A stretch of 63,363 nt of DNA, the filler included, from Candidatus Woesearchaeota archaeon (lineage in GTDB: Archaea > Nanobdellota > Nanobdellia > Woesearchaeales > B72-G16): NCBI GenBank assembly GCA_003650545.1. It is 3 parts of 3 records of this genome, joined end to end, with 100 filler letters (N's around TTAATTAATTAA, not from the genome) between each part and the next. Parts side by side here need not be neighbours in the genome. Positions count along the whole stretch, not along the records: positions 24,422 to 45,207 come from QMQO01000022.1; 2 more parts are not named here. One strand, written 5' to 3'. The translations under genes were made by a program, and so were the position numbers. This document shows positions 28,913-39,994 of this stretch, piece by piece (the stretch's first letter is position 1; every line of letters begins with the position of its first letter). Below the pieces are notes generated by a model. The model searched no databases. It was not told where the DNA came from and was given only the letters and a program-made list of their open reading frames with translations.

Positions 28913-30553
28913 TTACATCTCTGGTGGCATCATCGCCCCAGAACGACCTTGAGGCATTCCCGGTTGTTGTGGTTGTTCACCTGATGCAATCACATCATCT
29001 ATTCTTAGTATCATGATCGCAACATCAGATGCAGAACTTACTGCTTGTGTTTTTATTGTCAAAGGTTCTAAAATTCCAGTTCTCCAGGAATTCATAACCT
29101 TACCTGTAAATACATTGATGCCTGCCCACTTTTCTTTCTTATTATGTGCTGACTTTAGTTCTGCTAAAACATCGATCGGATCAAGGCCAGCATTTTCTGC
29201 CAAAGTTCTTGGAATGATTTCTAGTGCATCTGCAAATGAAGCAACTGCTAATTGCTCTCTACCAGATAAGGAATTTGCAAATCTTCTAAGTTGCGATGCT
29301 AATTCCATTTCTGCTGCGCCTGCACCTGCAACGATTTTTCCTGATCTAATTGCAGAACTAACAACCCCGATTGCATCGTGCAGTGAGCGTTCAATTTCAG
29401 CAGCAACATGCTCTGTTCCACCTCTTACTAAGATGGTGACAGATTTTGCTTTTTTGCATTCGCGGACATAAGTCATCATCTCATCGCCAACCTTAACTTC
29501 CTCTACAATGCCTGCTTTTCCTAAGTCTTTATCATTAAGATCGTCCAAATTAGTTATTATTTTTGCTGCTGTTGCTCTTGCTAGTTTTTCCATGTCTGAC
29601 TTTTTTACCCTGCGCACTGCATATATCCCCTTCTTTGCAAGATAATGCTGAGCAACATCATCGATTCCTTTCTGACAGAATACAACATTTGCTCCACTTG
29701 CAGCAACCTTCTCCACCATTGCTTTTAGCATCTTCTCTTCTTGTTCTAGAAAAGCCTGCATTTGCTGAGGTGCTGTAATCTGAATCTTAGCGTCTATTTC
29801 TGTGTTTTTGATTTCAAGTGCAGAATCTATCAATGCAATCTTTGCTGAATCAACAAATTTAGGCATTCCTGAGTGAACGCGTTCTTTATCAAGGATGATA
29901 CCTTCAACAAGTTCGGTGTCTTCAACAGAACCGCCCACCTTTTTCTCGATCTTAATGTTATCTGTATCTAATGAGAATTCATCGTCCATTACATCAATAA
30001 CAGCTTTAACTGCTTTAACAACCAAGGCAGATAGCTCTTCTTTATTTGCTTCTGCAGATCTTCCGTTCATTGCTGTCTGTGCTATTTTTTTTAAAACTGT
30101 CTCATCGCCAATCTTAATCTCCTCAGCCATCTTTTCAAGGATTTCGTTGGCTTTCTCAGCTGCAATTCTAAAACCGCGAGCAAGAACAGATGGATGAACC
30201 TCCTGATCTAGTAGAGTTTCAGCTTGTTTTAATAGCTCGCCTGCTAAAACAACAGCTGTTGTTGTACCATCACCAACCTCATTTTCTTGTGTTTTGGCGA
30301 CTTCGACAAGCATCTTTGCTGCTGGGTGTTCTATGTTCATCTCTTCTAGGATGGTGACTCCATCATTTGTGACAGTTACATCGCCAACTGTATCAACTAG
30401 CATTTTGTCCATCCCTTTTGGACCTAATGTTGTTCTAACTGTTTCTGCTACTAGCTTAGCTGCAAGAATGTTGTTGCGCTGCGCTGTTCTACCCTGAGAG
30501 CGCTGCGTACCTTCTGACATTATAAATATTGGTTGTACTGGTTGATTAGTCAT
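28913..30553 (-). CDS. ths: thermosome (group II chaperonin) subunit
   Basis: [26 protein letters not shown]. Confidence 0.96.
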   Translation of the reverse strand: MTNQPVQPIFIMSEGTQRSQGRTAQRNNILAAKLVAETVRTTLGPKGMDKMLVDTVGDVTVTNDGVTILEEMNIEHPAAKMLVEVAKTQENEVGDGTTTAVVLAGELLKQAETLLDQEVHPSVLARGFRIAAEKANEILEKMAEEIKIGDETVLKKIAQTAMNGRSAEANKEELSALVVKAVKAVIDVMDDEFSLDTDNIKIEKKVGGSVEDTELVEGIILDKERVHSGMPKFVDSAKIALIDSALEIKNTEIDAKIQITAPQQMQAFLEQEEKMLKAMVEKVAASGANVVFCQKGIDDVAQHYLAKKGIYAVRRVKKSDMEKLARATAAKIITNLDDLNDKDLGKAGIVEEVKVGDEMMTYVRECKKAKSVTILVRGGTEHVAAEIERSLHDAIGVVSSAIRSGKIVAGAGAAEMELASQLRRFANSLSGREQLAVASFADALEIIPRTLAENAGLDPIDVLAELKSAHNKKEKWAGINVFTGKVMNSWRTGILEPLTIKTQAVSSASDVAIMILRIDDVIASGEQPQQPGMPQGRSGAMMPPEM

Positions 30554-30804
30554 GATTCTCCCCCTCCTATTTAGTAGTTAATATTTTTCTCTTTGGTTTT
30601 AATTTTAGGGTTGTATATAAAGATTGTGGTATTTTTTTTAATTTTGTGCTATATAGTAAAAATAAAATTATGGATGTGGTAGCATTGTGTTTTAATTATG
30701 CAGTGGTAAAAAAAGAGAAATATTTAAATACTAGTGATTTTAAGTTGTATTTTAAGAATATTAAAATTATATAATAGATATATCATTTATGTTGGTGTGG
30801 GCAA

Positions 30805-30957
30805 ATGGTTGAATTTATACTAACCAAAAAAATTAGCAAGCAAGGAGCGCAAAACTTGATCATCATCCCTTCTTTTCTTAGAGATAAACTAAAACCAAAG
30901 ACTTTGGTAGAAGTAAAAATAAAAATATTAGATAGTGGAGATAAAAATGACAATTAA
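30805..30957 (+). CDS. 50-aa AbrB/MazE-like DNA-binding protein (not in ORF track)
   Basis: MVEFILTKKISKQGAQNLIIIPSFLRDKLKPKTLVEVKIKIL; overlaps ATPase start. Confidence 0.6.
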   Translation: MVEFILTKKISKQGAQNLIIIPSFLRDKLKPKTLVEVKIKILDSGDKNDN

Positions 30958-32233
30958 AGAAACCTTAAAAAAATTGGATAATGGTGAATATAAAAACTCG
31001 AGAGAGGTTGTCTTAGGTGGTGTTTCTTATTCTGTTCGAGAGATTCTGATAAAAGCGCCGCTATTAGCAGGGATTAATGTGTACCTTGTTGGTGGAACAG
31101 GCGAGGGTAAAACACAGTTAGCTCATGATTTGATTGGGTATCTTGGGGATAATTCTTGTTATATGATGGGAAGACCTGATTTTGAGCCAAGTGAGCTTCT
31201 TCGTCAGGTTAGGCTAGATAAGCTCAACAAAGTGAAATCTGACAAAGAACTAGTTGAATTAACACAGAATGTTAAAAAAATATTGTTTTATTCAGACGAA
31301 ATAAACAGAGCTCCCCCAATCGTTCAAAACTATTTTTTTGATTTTATGGATGGTAAATTTGTGTACAACGGTAAAATTTATTCATTGGGTAGCAGAGGTT
31401 ATACACTTGGTTATGCTACAGGTAACTTGGGGAATGACGAATATGTGGGGGTTTCTGATTCTGACAGAGCTTTACTCGATAGGATGCATATGATTATTAA
31501 ATTAGATTATCCAGATTTTTCTACAACCGAACTTGATGATTATGAAATCTTTGGTGGAAAAAAAGATCCGCGAGCTAGTTTGCCAAATATAGTAACAGAT
31601 ATTTCTCAGGAGATTGTTTCTATGCATGATGAATTTAATAAAATAGAGGTTAATTTACTTCTTCCTGTATTAGGTGTTTATTTTCATAAAGGTTTAGATT
31701 ATCTGGAAAATACTGCAAAGCACAGCAAACGTGCTCTGAATCATCACTGGGCTGAAGCAGAAGGAGTAAGAACAGACAATGATGAAAATAAGATATATCC
31801 TTTATCCAAAAGAGCAATTTTTAGTTCAATTTGTTTAACAACTGCTTTAGACCTTATTGCGAGGGAAAAAGGAGAGAAGCCTGACACTACAAGATTATTT
31901 CTTGATAGTTTAAGGTTGATTGTGCCTTATTCTGGTGTTATAAATCTTTCTTACATTAACATGGAACATGATGGAGATGTTTACAGCGCTTTTGACTCAA
32001 TCTTTTCTAGAATTAGGGAAGATATTTCAGAGAGAATTGAATTGCTAGAAGAAGCTTGCATTCTTGCTGAGTCTGGTAGAAAAGATGACAGATTATTTAA
32101 TAAGATTTCTCCTTATGAGGGAAGGTGGGACTCTGTAAAAAATAGTCTTTCAATGTATGCTGATAAAATGGCAAATAATCCTTCTAAGAAAGGGTTAAAA
32201 ATAAAGGATTTTTTAGATAAAGCGCATGATTAA
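30947..32233 (+). CDS. MoxR-like AAA+ ATPase
   Basis: GGTGEGKT, DEINRAPP..QN, ATGN, DRALLDR. Confidence 0.85.
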   Translation: MTIKETLKKLDNGEYKNSREVVLGGVSYSVREILIKAPLLAGINVYLVGGTGEGKTQLAHDLIGYLGDNSCYMMGRPDFEPSELLRQVRLDKLNKVKSDKELVELTQNVKKILFYSDEINRAPPIVQNYFFDFMDGKFVYNGKIYSLGSRGYTLGYATGNLGNDEYVGVSDSDRALLDRMHMIIKLDYPDFSTTELDDYEIFGGKKDPRASLPNIVTDISQEIVSMHDEFNKIEVNLLLPVLGVYFHKGLDYLENTAKHSKRALNHHWAEAEGVRTDNDENKIYPLSKRAIFSSICLTTALDLIAREKGEKPDTTRLFLDSLRLIVPYSGVINLSYINMEHDGDVYSAFDSIFSRIREDISERIELLEEACILAESGRKDDRLFNKISPYEGRWDSVKNSLSMYADKMANNPSKKGLKIKDFLDKAHD

Positions 32234-33170
32234 AATGAGCAGAGATGAATTATCTGAATATGAAAAAGCAATACTTAGAAGATATCTAAAAAGGAAAAAT
32301 GAAGACGAAAGTAATAGCAAAAATGAAGATGATGAGAGCAAGAGCAAGAGTACACAAACTTTTGCTGGGAATAAACTGAATAAAGTTTCAGTTAATATTG
32401 ATGATTTAATAAACTATGGAAAAACTTTTTACAGCAAAGAAAAGAAAGATGGCAAATATATCGGAGTTGCTGTGGCTTTGCAACAAGCATTAGATTTTGC
32501 TGGGCCTAATGGTTATGTTGCTACCATGCCAGAGCTTATTGCTGCTAAACTTAAAGCTGATAGTCATGATTTCTGGAAAAAATGGTATGCAGTCCATACT
32601 GAAGAAAACATCGGAATAGATAAAAAAGGAAGGTTTTACAGCAGAGGAGAGCCTGTGTTAGTTATTGTTAATGGCGGTGGCATTTTAACTCCAGAGAGAA
32701 TCAGAAAAGCGTATGACGAAGGCTTGATTAATGGAAGTGCTAAGTATCGTGATGAAGAATTTAATGATCTTCTTGATGGAAAATTGCCTGATGGAACTTC
32801 AATTGAATTATACAGGTTTAGAGAAATTAAAAAAGGCATATCAAATCTGCCTCACAGGTTTGGCGTAGTAATGCCTTATTCTATGGCGCAGAACACTAAA
32901 TCAGATTATCATCAAAAGAAAGAGTTTATGGAAAATCCTTTGGTAATAGCAAGAGCAGGAGGAATTGAATATTTAGATGCTTACTTTGAAAAAGCGAAAC
33001 GTTTAGAGAACAAAGTTGGGAGTTTGCATTCTTTTTCAGGCAGAGATGCTTCAACTCCTCAGGGCCGTGTGCTCTTCCTCGGTATTAGTTGTGACGGCCT
33101 GGGTGGTAGCATTCTCGATAGCGATGCACGTTTCGTCGGGGTGGAGGTGAGGAGCAGCGCGCGAAAATAG
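32226..33170 (+). CDS. DGR-type variable protein paralog 1 (CLec-like C-terminus)
   Basis: MPELI; C-terminal GRVLFL-x5-GL-x4-L-x4-RFVGV. Confidence 0.7.
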   Translation: MIKMSRDELSEYEKAILRRYLKRKNEDESNSKNEDDESKSKSTQTFAGNKLNKVSVNIDDLINYGKTFYSKEKKDGKYIGVAVALQQALDFAGPNGYVATMPELIAAKLKADSHDFWKKWYAVHTEENIGIDKKGRFYSRGEPVLVIVNGGGILTPERIRKAYDEGLINGSAKYRDEEFNDLLDGKLPDGTSIELYRFREIKKGISNLPHRFGVVMPYSMAQNTKSDYHQKKEFMENPLVIARAGGIEYLDAYFEKAKRLENKVGSLHSFSGRDASTPQGRVLFLGISCDGLGGSILDSDARFVGVEVRSSARK

Positions 33171-33323
33171 ATATTGAAAAACCTAAGAAAGCATAGCTTT
33201 CTGGGTACCAAAAACCAGAGGTTTTTGAGTATGAATAGCATATTTGCTTTTAAATCAAACAGAACAAGAATGGCTGGTGAGGTTCACCGAGATTTTACTA
33301 TTACAAAGAATAGAGGTCTGTAA

Positions 33324-34268
33324 ATGAGCAGAGATGAATTATCTGAATATGAAAAAGCAATACTTAGAAGATATCTAAAAAGGAAAAATGAAGACGAAAG
33401 TAAGAGCAAAAATGAAGATGATGAGAGCAAGAATACACAAACTTCTGCTGGAAATAAACTGAATAAAGTTTCAGTTAATATTGATGATTTAATAAACTAT
33501 GGAAAAACTTTTTACAGCGAGGAAATGAAAAGAATAATGCATATCGGAGTTGCTGTGGCTTTGCAACAAGCATTAGACTTTGCTGGGCCTAATGGTTATG
33601 TTGCTACAATGCCTGAACTTATTGCTGCTAGACTTAAAGTAGATGAGAATCATGATTTTTGGCAGAATTGGTACACGGTTCATACTGAAGAAAATATTGG
33701 AATAGACAGCAAAGGAAGATTTTACAGCAGAGGAGAGCCTATGTTAGTTGTTGTTAATGGCGGTGGCATTTTAACTCCAGAGAGAATTATGAAGGCGTAT
33801 GACGAAGGGTTGATTAAGGGAAGTGTTAAGTATCATTATGAAGAATTTAATGATCTTCTTGATGGAAAATTGCCTGATGGAACTTCAATTGAATTATACA
33901 GGTTTAGAGAAATTAAAAAAGGCATATCAAATCTGCCTCACAGGTTTGGCGTTGTCATGCCTTATTCTATGGCGCAGAATACTAAATCAGGTTATCATAA
34001 AAAGAAAGAGTTTATGGAAAATCCTTTGGTAATAGCAAGAGCAGGAGGGATTGAGAACCTAGAATCATATTATGAAATGGCTAAAGCATCAGATGGTGAA
34101 TTAGGTAATTATCATCCGTTTGAAAGAAGAGATGCTTCGACTCCTCAGGGCCGTGTGCTCTTCCTCGATTATGATTTTTACGGCCTGGATGGCTGCATTC
34201 TTTATAACTATGGCCGTTTCGTCGGGGTATGTCGGGGTAGCGAGGTGAGGAGCAAGGGGTCTGTGTAA
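33324..34268 (+). CDS. DGR-type variable protein paralog 2
   Basis: highly similar to paralogs 1/3; variable C-terminal region. Confidence 0.7.
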   Translation: MSRDELSEYEKAILRRYLKRKNEDESKSKNEDDESKNTQTSAGNKLNKVSVNIDDLINYGKTFYSEEMKRIMHIGVAVALQQALDFAGPNGYVATMPELIAARLKVDENHDFWQNWYTVHTEENIGIDSKGRFYSRGEPMLVVVNGGGILTPERIMKAYDEGLIKGSVKYHYEEFNDLLDGKLPDGTSIELYRFREIKKGISNLPHRFGVVMPYSMAQNTKSGYHKKKEFMENPLVIARAGGIENLESYYEMAKASDGELGNYHPFERRDASTPQGRVLFLDYDFYGLDGCILYNYGRFVGVCRGSEVRSKGSV

Positions 34269-34269
34269 A

Positions 34270-36000
34270 ATGACGCTTTTAGAACTTCGTAAAAAACTTG
34301 AATCAAGAAAAAACCAAATAGGACTAATTGGTATAAGATTAGATCTTTCTGAAAGTCCTGGTAATAGTGTCTCGGCAGCTCTAACATCTGATTGGAAAAT
34401 AATTTCTATTAAATATGGTAAAAATTTAGACCTAGTTCCTGACTCAGAAACACTTCGATATGTTCGTAAGAGAGATATCGATGACCCAAAACTTAAGCTC
34501 AGTTTGGATTTACTTGAGCATGAATCGAGCCACAGAGAAAATCCTTCTGGAACGCGGTTTGGTTGTCCTTATACTGTTGAAATGCACGATATAATCAAAG
34601 AAGCTATTCATAAAGTCTTGAGTGTGAAAGGGAAAGCTGGCCTTGAAGATTATGTGACTAATGCTTTTGAGGATATCTTAGACAATGTGAATTGTAGGAA
34701 ACATACAGATTTTGCTGGACAGGCATTGTTCTGGAATAATCAAGGGTTGGTTAATTCTAAAAATGAAAAATATTCACCATTTTATGAAGCATTTGTACAG
34801 ATTAATTTGGTTTTGGGTGGATCTGTTAAAGAGTACACACTCTTAAGAAGATTCTATACAAATGATAGGAAAGTTAAAAAAGCAACGAAAGGATTTTTAG
34901 ATGACATGCGGTCAATATTGGGTGTTGAAAAGCTTGTTAGAATTCACGAAAAACCTGCATTCAAAACTATTTTTACAAGGGATCTTCAACAGAGAGAAAA
35001 ATTGTGGACAGATTTAGCACATAGTTTTGCTATGCACACTGCTGATTTATTAGAACAAATGCCACCAGAAATGATGTTTGGTTCTAGCGAGAATCCTTTT
35101 GATAAAGAAATGCGTCAGCCTAGAGTTAAACAAGAAATCGCCTTCAACAGATATAAAAGAGGTAAAGGACCTGCAGGTCATAGAGATTTACAAGAACAAT
35201 TGTACGATCTATACAAGAGGATCTCAAAAGAGATACGAGTAGAAACATCATTTTATTCAGAAAGTCAAAAAATCCCCCCTGTTCATTATGGCAAACGGTT
35301 TATTAAAAAGGACGAACAAAAATTTAGATATAAAGGTATCGGATTCAAGCAAGACGGATCAATTGGTTTAAGAACAACAAGATATTCTGAGCTGTACCCT
35401 GTTTCATATAAGGTTCATCTCAGTAAATTCCCAAAGTTTAAACTTATTCTTATAGACAGATCTTCAAGTATGAAGTATAATTGTGATAACGAATCTGATG
35501 TAGGCGATAAATCGTTTATTCCGTGGGGCGATAAAAGCAAATATCACTTTGCATTAAAAGGTTATTTTGGTATCGATAACTTTCTTGAAAGACAAGGTAT
35601 AAGCAACTATGTACAGAATTGTGTACTTGGGTTTTCGGGCGAAAATGCGATAAGAGGTAAATCAAAAAAAGTTGCAAAAGCATTGCTTACAATGCCTTCA
35701 GGAGGAACATCGTTTGATATAGATCGTCTAGAAAGTGAACTTTCAGATGAAAATTTTGTTCTTTCGATTTCTGATGGCGAATTTGAGCTTACTGAGGATA
35801 TAAAAAAAAGGCTTGAACAAAAAATTAAACAAGTAAAAGTTGATTATGCACACATCCAAATTGGAGAAGACACAGATTTTTCTAGCTACCTAAAAAAAAT
35901 AGACGTACCTGTGTTTAAAGTGAGGGGTGATGATGACTTAGCAAAAACAATGATATCTTTTGTCTCAAGCTATTACAGAAGAATAGAGGTCTGTAAATGA
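34270..36000 (+). CDS. HExxH metallopeptidase-like + vWA domain protein
   Basis: LLEHESSH..NAFED; MIDAS LIDRSSSM, SGGT, ISDGE. Confidence 0.8.
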   Translation: MTLLELRKKLESRKNQIGLIGIRLDLSESPGNSVSAALTSDWKIISIKYGKNLDLVPDSETLRYVRKRDIDDPKLKLSLDLLEHESSHRENPSGTRFGCPYTVEMHDIIKEAIHKVLSVKGKAGLEDYVTNAFEDILDNVNCRKHTDFAGQALFWNNQGLVNSKNEKYSPFYEAFVQINLVLGGSVKEYTLLRRFYTNDRKVKKATKGFLDDMRSILGVEKLVRIHEKPAFKTIFTRDLQQREKLWTDLAHSFAMHTADLLEQMPPEMMFGSSENPFDKEMRQPRVKQEIAFNRYKRGKGPAGHRDLQEQLYDLYKRISKEIRVETSFYSESQKIPPVHYGKRFIKKDEQKFRYKGIGFKQDGSIGLRTTRYSELYPVSYKVHLSKFPKFKLILIDRSSSMKYNCDNESDVGDKSFIPWGDKSKYHFALKGYFGIDNFLERQGISNYVQNCVLGFSGENAIRGKSKKVAKALLTMPSGGTSFDIDRLESELSDENFVLSISDGEFELTEDIKKRLEQKIKQVKVDYAHIQIGEDTDFSSYLKKIDVPVFKVRGDDDLAKTMISFVSSYYRRIEVCK

Positions 36001-36908
36001 GCAGAGATGAATTATCTGAATATGAAAAAGCAATACTTAGAAGATATCTAAAAAAGAAAAATGAAGACGAAAGTAAGAGCAAAAATGAAGATGATGAGAG
36101 TAAGAGTACACAAACTTCTGCTGGGGATAAACTAAATAAAGTTTCAGTTAATATTGATGATTTAATAAACTATGGAAAAACTTTTTACAGCGAGGAAAAG
36201 AAAGGAAAAATGCATATCGGAGTTGCTGTGGCTTTGCAACAAGCATTAGATTTTGCTGGGCCTAATGGTTATGTTGCTACCATGCCAGAGCTTATTGCTG
36301 CTAAACTTAAAGTAGATGAGAGTCATGATTTTTGGCAGAATTGGTACACGGTTCATACTGAAGAAAATATTGGAATAGACAGCAAAGGAAGATTTTACAG
36401 TAGAGGAGAACCTGTGTTAGTTGTTGTTAATGGCGGTGGAATTTTAACTCCTGAGAGAATTATGAGGGCTTATGACGAAGGGTCGATTAGCAGCGCAAAA
36501 TACCACCAGAGAGAGTTTGATGATCTTTTAGATGGAAAATTGCCTGATGGAACTTCAATTGAATTATACAGGTTTAGAGAAATTAAAAAAGGCATATCAA
36601 ATCTGCCTCACAGGTTTGGCATTGTTATGCCTTATTCTATGGCGCAGAACACTAAATCAGGTTTTCATCAAAAGAAAGAGTTTATGGAGAATCCATTGGT
36701 AATAGCAAGAGCAGGAGGAATTGAGAACATAGAATCATATTATGAAATGGCTAAAGCACCAGATGGTAACTTAAGTAATTACCATCCGTTTAAAAGAAGA
36801 GATGCTTCAACTCCTCACGGCTGTGTGCTTTTCCTCGATAGTAGTTATAACGGCCTGGTTGACCTAAATCTTTATGGGGAGGCCCGTTTCGTCGGGGTAG
36901 CAAGGTGA
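35997..36908 (+). CDS. DGR-type variable protein paralog 3
   Basis: highly similar to paralogs 1/2; ends ARFVGVAR. Confidence 0.7.
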   Translation: MSRDELSEYEKAILRRYLKKKNEDESKSKNEDDESKSTQTSAGDKLNKVSVNIDDLINYGKTFYSEEKKGKMHIGVAVALQQALDFAGPNGYVATMPELIAAKLKVDESHDFWQNWYTVHTEENIGIDSKGRFYSRGEPVLVVVNGGGILTPERIMRAYDEGSISSAKYHQREFDDLLDGKLPDGTSIELYRFREIKKGISNLPHRFGIVMPYSMAQNTKSGFHQKKEFMENPLVIARAGGIENIESYYEMAKAPDGNLSNYHPFKRRDASTPHGCVLFLDSSYNGLVDLNLYGEARFVGVAR

Positions 36909-37061
36909 GCAACGCGATAATAGCTTCTGAAGCAAAATTTTCCAATAGGTTTTTATATAACTTCTATTTATGAATTTATTAAATAAATTTTTCAGCTATT
37001 TATCCTCTAAATGAGGCTGTGTATAAAGTTAAGCTGTACCTAAAAAATATCTGAAAGGTTC

Positions 37062-38009
37062 TTGGTTAACATGACCATCACAAGCGAAAAAAAATTCATC
37101 ACTGGTATAATTGGAGAAAATCCTTCAACATATAGTAAATCGAGAATAATGTGGAACTTTTGTTTTGCAGTTCTTGGGATAGATGCAGAATATATACCCT
37201 GGGATATAAATAAAGAAGAACTTGAAGAGTTTATAAAAGAACTAACAAAAAACAAAAAAGTGCGAGGCTTCAACATTACAAACCCTTACAAGGTCGAAGC
37301 TGCTAAATTTTTTAAAGATAGCTTAGACGATGCTGCAAAAGCTATCGGGGGTATTAACACTGTAGTCATGAGAAATGGAGTGAAAGCATATTCAACAGAT
37401 GGCTATGGAGCAATAACATGTATCACTGAGAAAAGTATAAATGTAGAAGGCAAACATCTACTAGTTATAGGTGCTGGAGGTGCAGGAGTAGCTGTCGCTG
37501 TCGAAGCAGTCAAACAGGGTGCTAAGGTTTCTGTTGCAAACAGAACACACAAAAAAGCTGTTGATTTGCAAACAAGGATCAAGCAGTTTCTAGGACAAAA
37601 TATAAACGCGATTCCTCTTTATGAGGATAGTAATCTATCTACTGAATTCAATGACGCATTCAGAAATGCAGACATAATCGTTAACACTGTTGACTACGAG
37701 AAGAAGAAAGGAGAACCTCTATTTCCCGAATCTATGTATAAAAACTTAACAGGAAATGTTGTTTTTATGGATGCTGTGTATGGCCATAAAAGCTTCATTC
37801 TGGAGTTTGCAGACAAATATGGTCATATTGCAATTCCAGGAGAAAACATGCTTGTACACCAAGCAGTTCTTGGATTCCATTATATGTTTGATACTGAAGT
37901 GGAGACTGTAGAGAAGTTAATGAAGTATGCTATAAAAAGATTTGAGTTCAACGCAGCAAATAAAGAGATTGAAGATGAAGCTGCTCGTTATAAATCAGGA
38001 TCTGCTTAA
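37062..38009 (+). CDS. aroE: shikimate dehydrogenase
   Basis: SKS..MWN, GFNITNPYK, AIGGINT, STDGYG, IGAGGAG, MLVHQA. Confidence 0.85.
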   Translation: MVNMTITSEKKFITGIIGENPSTYSKSRIMWNFCFAVLGIDAEYIPWDINKEELEEFIKELTKNKKVRGFNITNPYKVEAAKFFKDSLDDAAKAIGGINTVVMRNGVKAYSTDGYGAITCITEKSINVEGKHLLVIGAGGAGVAVAVEAVKQGAKVSVANRTHKKAVDLQTRIKQFLGQNINAIPLYEDSNLSTEFNDAFRNADIIVNTVDYEKKKGEPLFPESMYKNLTGNVVFMDAVYGHKSFILEFADKYGHIAIPGENMLVHQAVLGFHYMFDTEVETVEKLMKYAIKRFEFNAANKEIEDEAARYKSGSA

Positions 38010-38340
38010 ATTTTTGGCAAGCTTCGCAGCATTTTTCTACTTAAATCGTTAAAAGTGCTATTCCTAACCTTTTCTAAAAGTAGATTTGCGCACACTAGTT
38101 CTTTGCAAGGTCCAGTTTTTTGACTTTTTGTTTGAGAATCAATAAGAAAACCTGATTCATCTTCAAGTGTGTGGTCTAAATCGGCAACGATGCTATGATA
38201 TTTTGGGACTGTCTTGGCGATTTATTTTGCATTTCTAACAAAAGATGGATTCTGTTATATAATTACTGTTATTAATAATTTATATTTATTGTTTTATTAT
38301 ACCAAAAACTATATTAAACAAATAAATTTGAAAAATAATA

Positions 38341-38889
38341 ATGATAATAACGATTGCGGGGAAGCCTGGTAGTGGTAAAAGTACTGTCGGTAGGATGATT
38401 GCTAAGAAGCTAGGTTATAAGTTTTATTCTACAGGAGATCTTCGCGGGAAGATTGCAATGGATCTTGGCATGACCATAGACGAGTTGAATGAGATTGGTG
38501 TAAAAGAGGATTGGACAGACAAACTTATTGATGCCAAGACCGAAAAGATCGGCAAAGAAAAAGATAACTTTGTGATTGACTCATGGATGGCGTGGCATTT
38601 TATCCCAAAATCAGTAAAGATCTACCTTGATGTTGATCCAAGAATTGGTGCAGAACGTATTTTTAGAGAACAAAGACCTGATGAAGAGAAAAAAGAAACA
38701 GTAGAAGAAGTAATGGAAACTATTCAGAAGAGGCTAAAGGATAGTGCAGCGCGTTATAAGAAATATTATGGTGTCGATATTCTAGACCTGACAAATTTTG
38801 ACCTTGTGATCGATACATCTGCGATTACGGCTGAAGAGGTTACTGAGAAAATTCTAAGATTCATAAAAAAATTTCAAATTAAACCATGA
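38341..38889 (+). CDS. cmk: archaeal cytidylate kinase
   Basis: ITIAGKPGSGKST, RYKKYYGVD, FDLVIDTS. Confidence 0.9.
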   Translation: MIITIAGKPGSGKSTVGRMIAKKLGYKFYSTGDLRGKIAMDLGMTIDELNEIGVKEDWTDKLIDAKTEKIGKEKDNFVIDSWMAWHFIPKSVKIYLDVDPRIGAERIFREQRPDEEKKETVEEVMETIQKRLKDSAARYKKYYGVDILDLTNFDLVIDTSAITAEEVTEKILRFIKKFQIKP

Positions 38890-39092
38890 TAAATTATGTT
38901 GGTAATTTGATGTCTGTTGATACTGTTGATATATACTTAGTTATGACTTAGTTATGTTGATATTCTTAGTATAATTAATTGATAGATGTTCTGGTTAGGT
39001 AATTTTTGAGGTAATTGTTTTGATGATAATTGTTTTGAAAATAATAATATTTATAAATCCACTATAATAATTCTAATCCACGGAGGTTTTTA

Positions 39093-39740
39093 ATGGTTAT
39101 CAAAGATAAAGACTTTATAGAGATCGAGTACACAGGGAGCTATAAGGCAGACGGTACTGTGTTTGACACAACAGATAAAAAAATAGCACAAGAAGAAGAC
39201 ATCTATAATGAGAATGCAACTTATGGCCCTAAAATAGTTTGCATTGGTGAAAAAAACATAATCAAGGGAATAGACGATTTTCTAAAAGGTAAAGAACCTG
39301 GAATCTATGAACTAGATGTTAAGCCTGAAGATGCATTTGGTAAAAAAGATCCAAAACTTTTGAAGATTGTGCCGACAAAGGCTTTTACAAGCAATGAGAT
39401 AAAACCATTCCCTGGACTGCAGGTTAACATAGACGGAATGATTGGTGTTATCAAAACGGTTTCTGGCGGAAGGACAATTGTAGACTTTAATCATCCTTTA
39501 GCAGGACACGAGCTTCACTATAAGATTAAGGTAAACAAGATTATTGAAGATGACGATCTGAAACTAAAAACTTGCTTACAGGTGATGCTCGGTGAGAAAG
39601 AGCCTAGATACGAGAATAAGGACGGGATTGTAGAAGTCAGGTTCAAGCAAGAGATGCCTGCAGAAGCAAGCAAACTAATTGCAGATAAAATAAAATCTTT
39701 AGTTCCTTCTGTTAAAGATGTCAAGTTTGTAAAAGGATAA
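39093..39740 (+). CDS. slyD: FKBP-type peptidyl-prolyl isomerase (SlyD-like)
   Basis: IEYTG..DGTVFDTT, PEDAFG, VDFNHPLAG. Confidence 0.9.
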   Translation: MVIKDKDFIEIEYTGSYKADGTVFDTTDKKIAQEEDIYNENATYGPKIVCIGEKNIIKGIDDFLKGKEPGIYELDVKPEDAFGKKDPKLLKIVPTKAFTSNEIKPFPGLQVNIDGMIGVIKTVSGGRTIVDFNHPLAGHELHYKIKVNKIIEDDDLKLKTCLQVMLGEKEPRYENKDGIVEVRFKQEMPAEASKLIADKIKSLVPSVKDVKFVKG

Positions 39741-39994
39741 AACTATAAAACTAGAAATTGTTGAAATAGTTATTCTATCATTAAAAATATAATTAAAAAT
39801 ATATTTAATTATATTAAAACATATATTACATAGATAAAACAGAGATTAAAACACTTAAATTTTTAATCACTTGTGAGTTGAAATAAATACAAAAGAGTAA
39901 GAACGCTAGTTCACTATTTTAGAATAGATAAATATATAAATGAGTGTTATATTTTAAATTTAAGCCTTTTTAAAAAAAGCGAGGGATAGTTAAA

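Noticed and set aside
33171..33323. DGR template repeat between paralogs
   Set aside because: No AAY-rich copy of the VR here or elsewhere in the window
38006..38221. Start-less minus-strand open frame with IVADLDHTL (HAD-like motif)
   Set aside because: No start codon and too short to support a call; possibly a remnant
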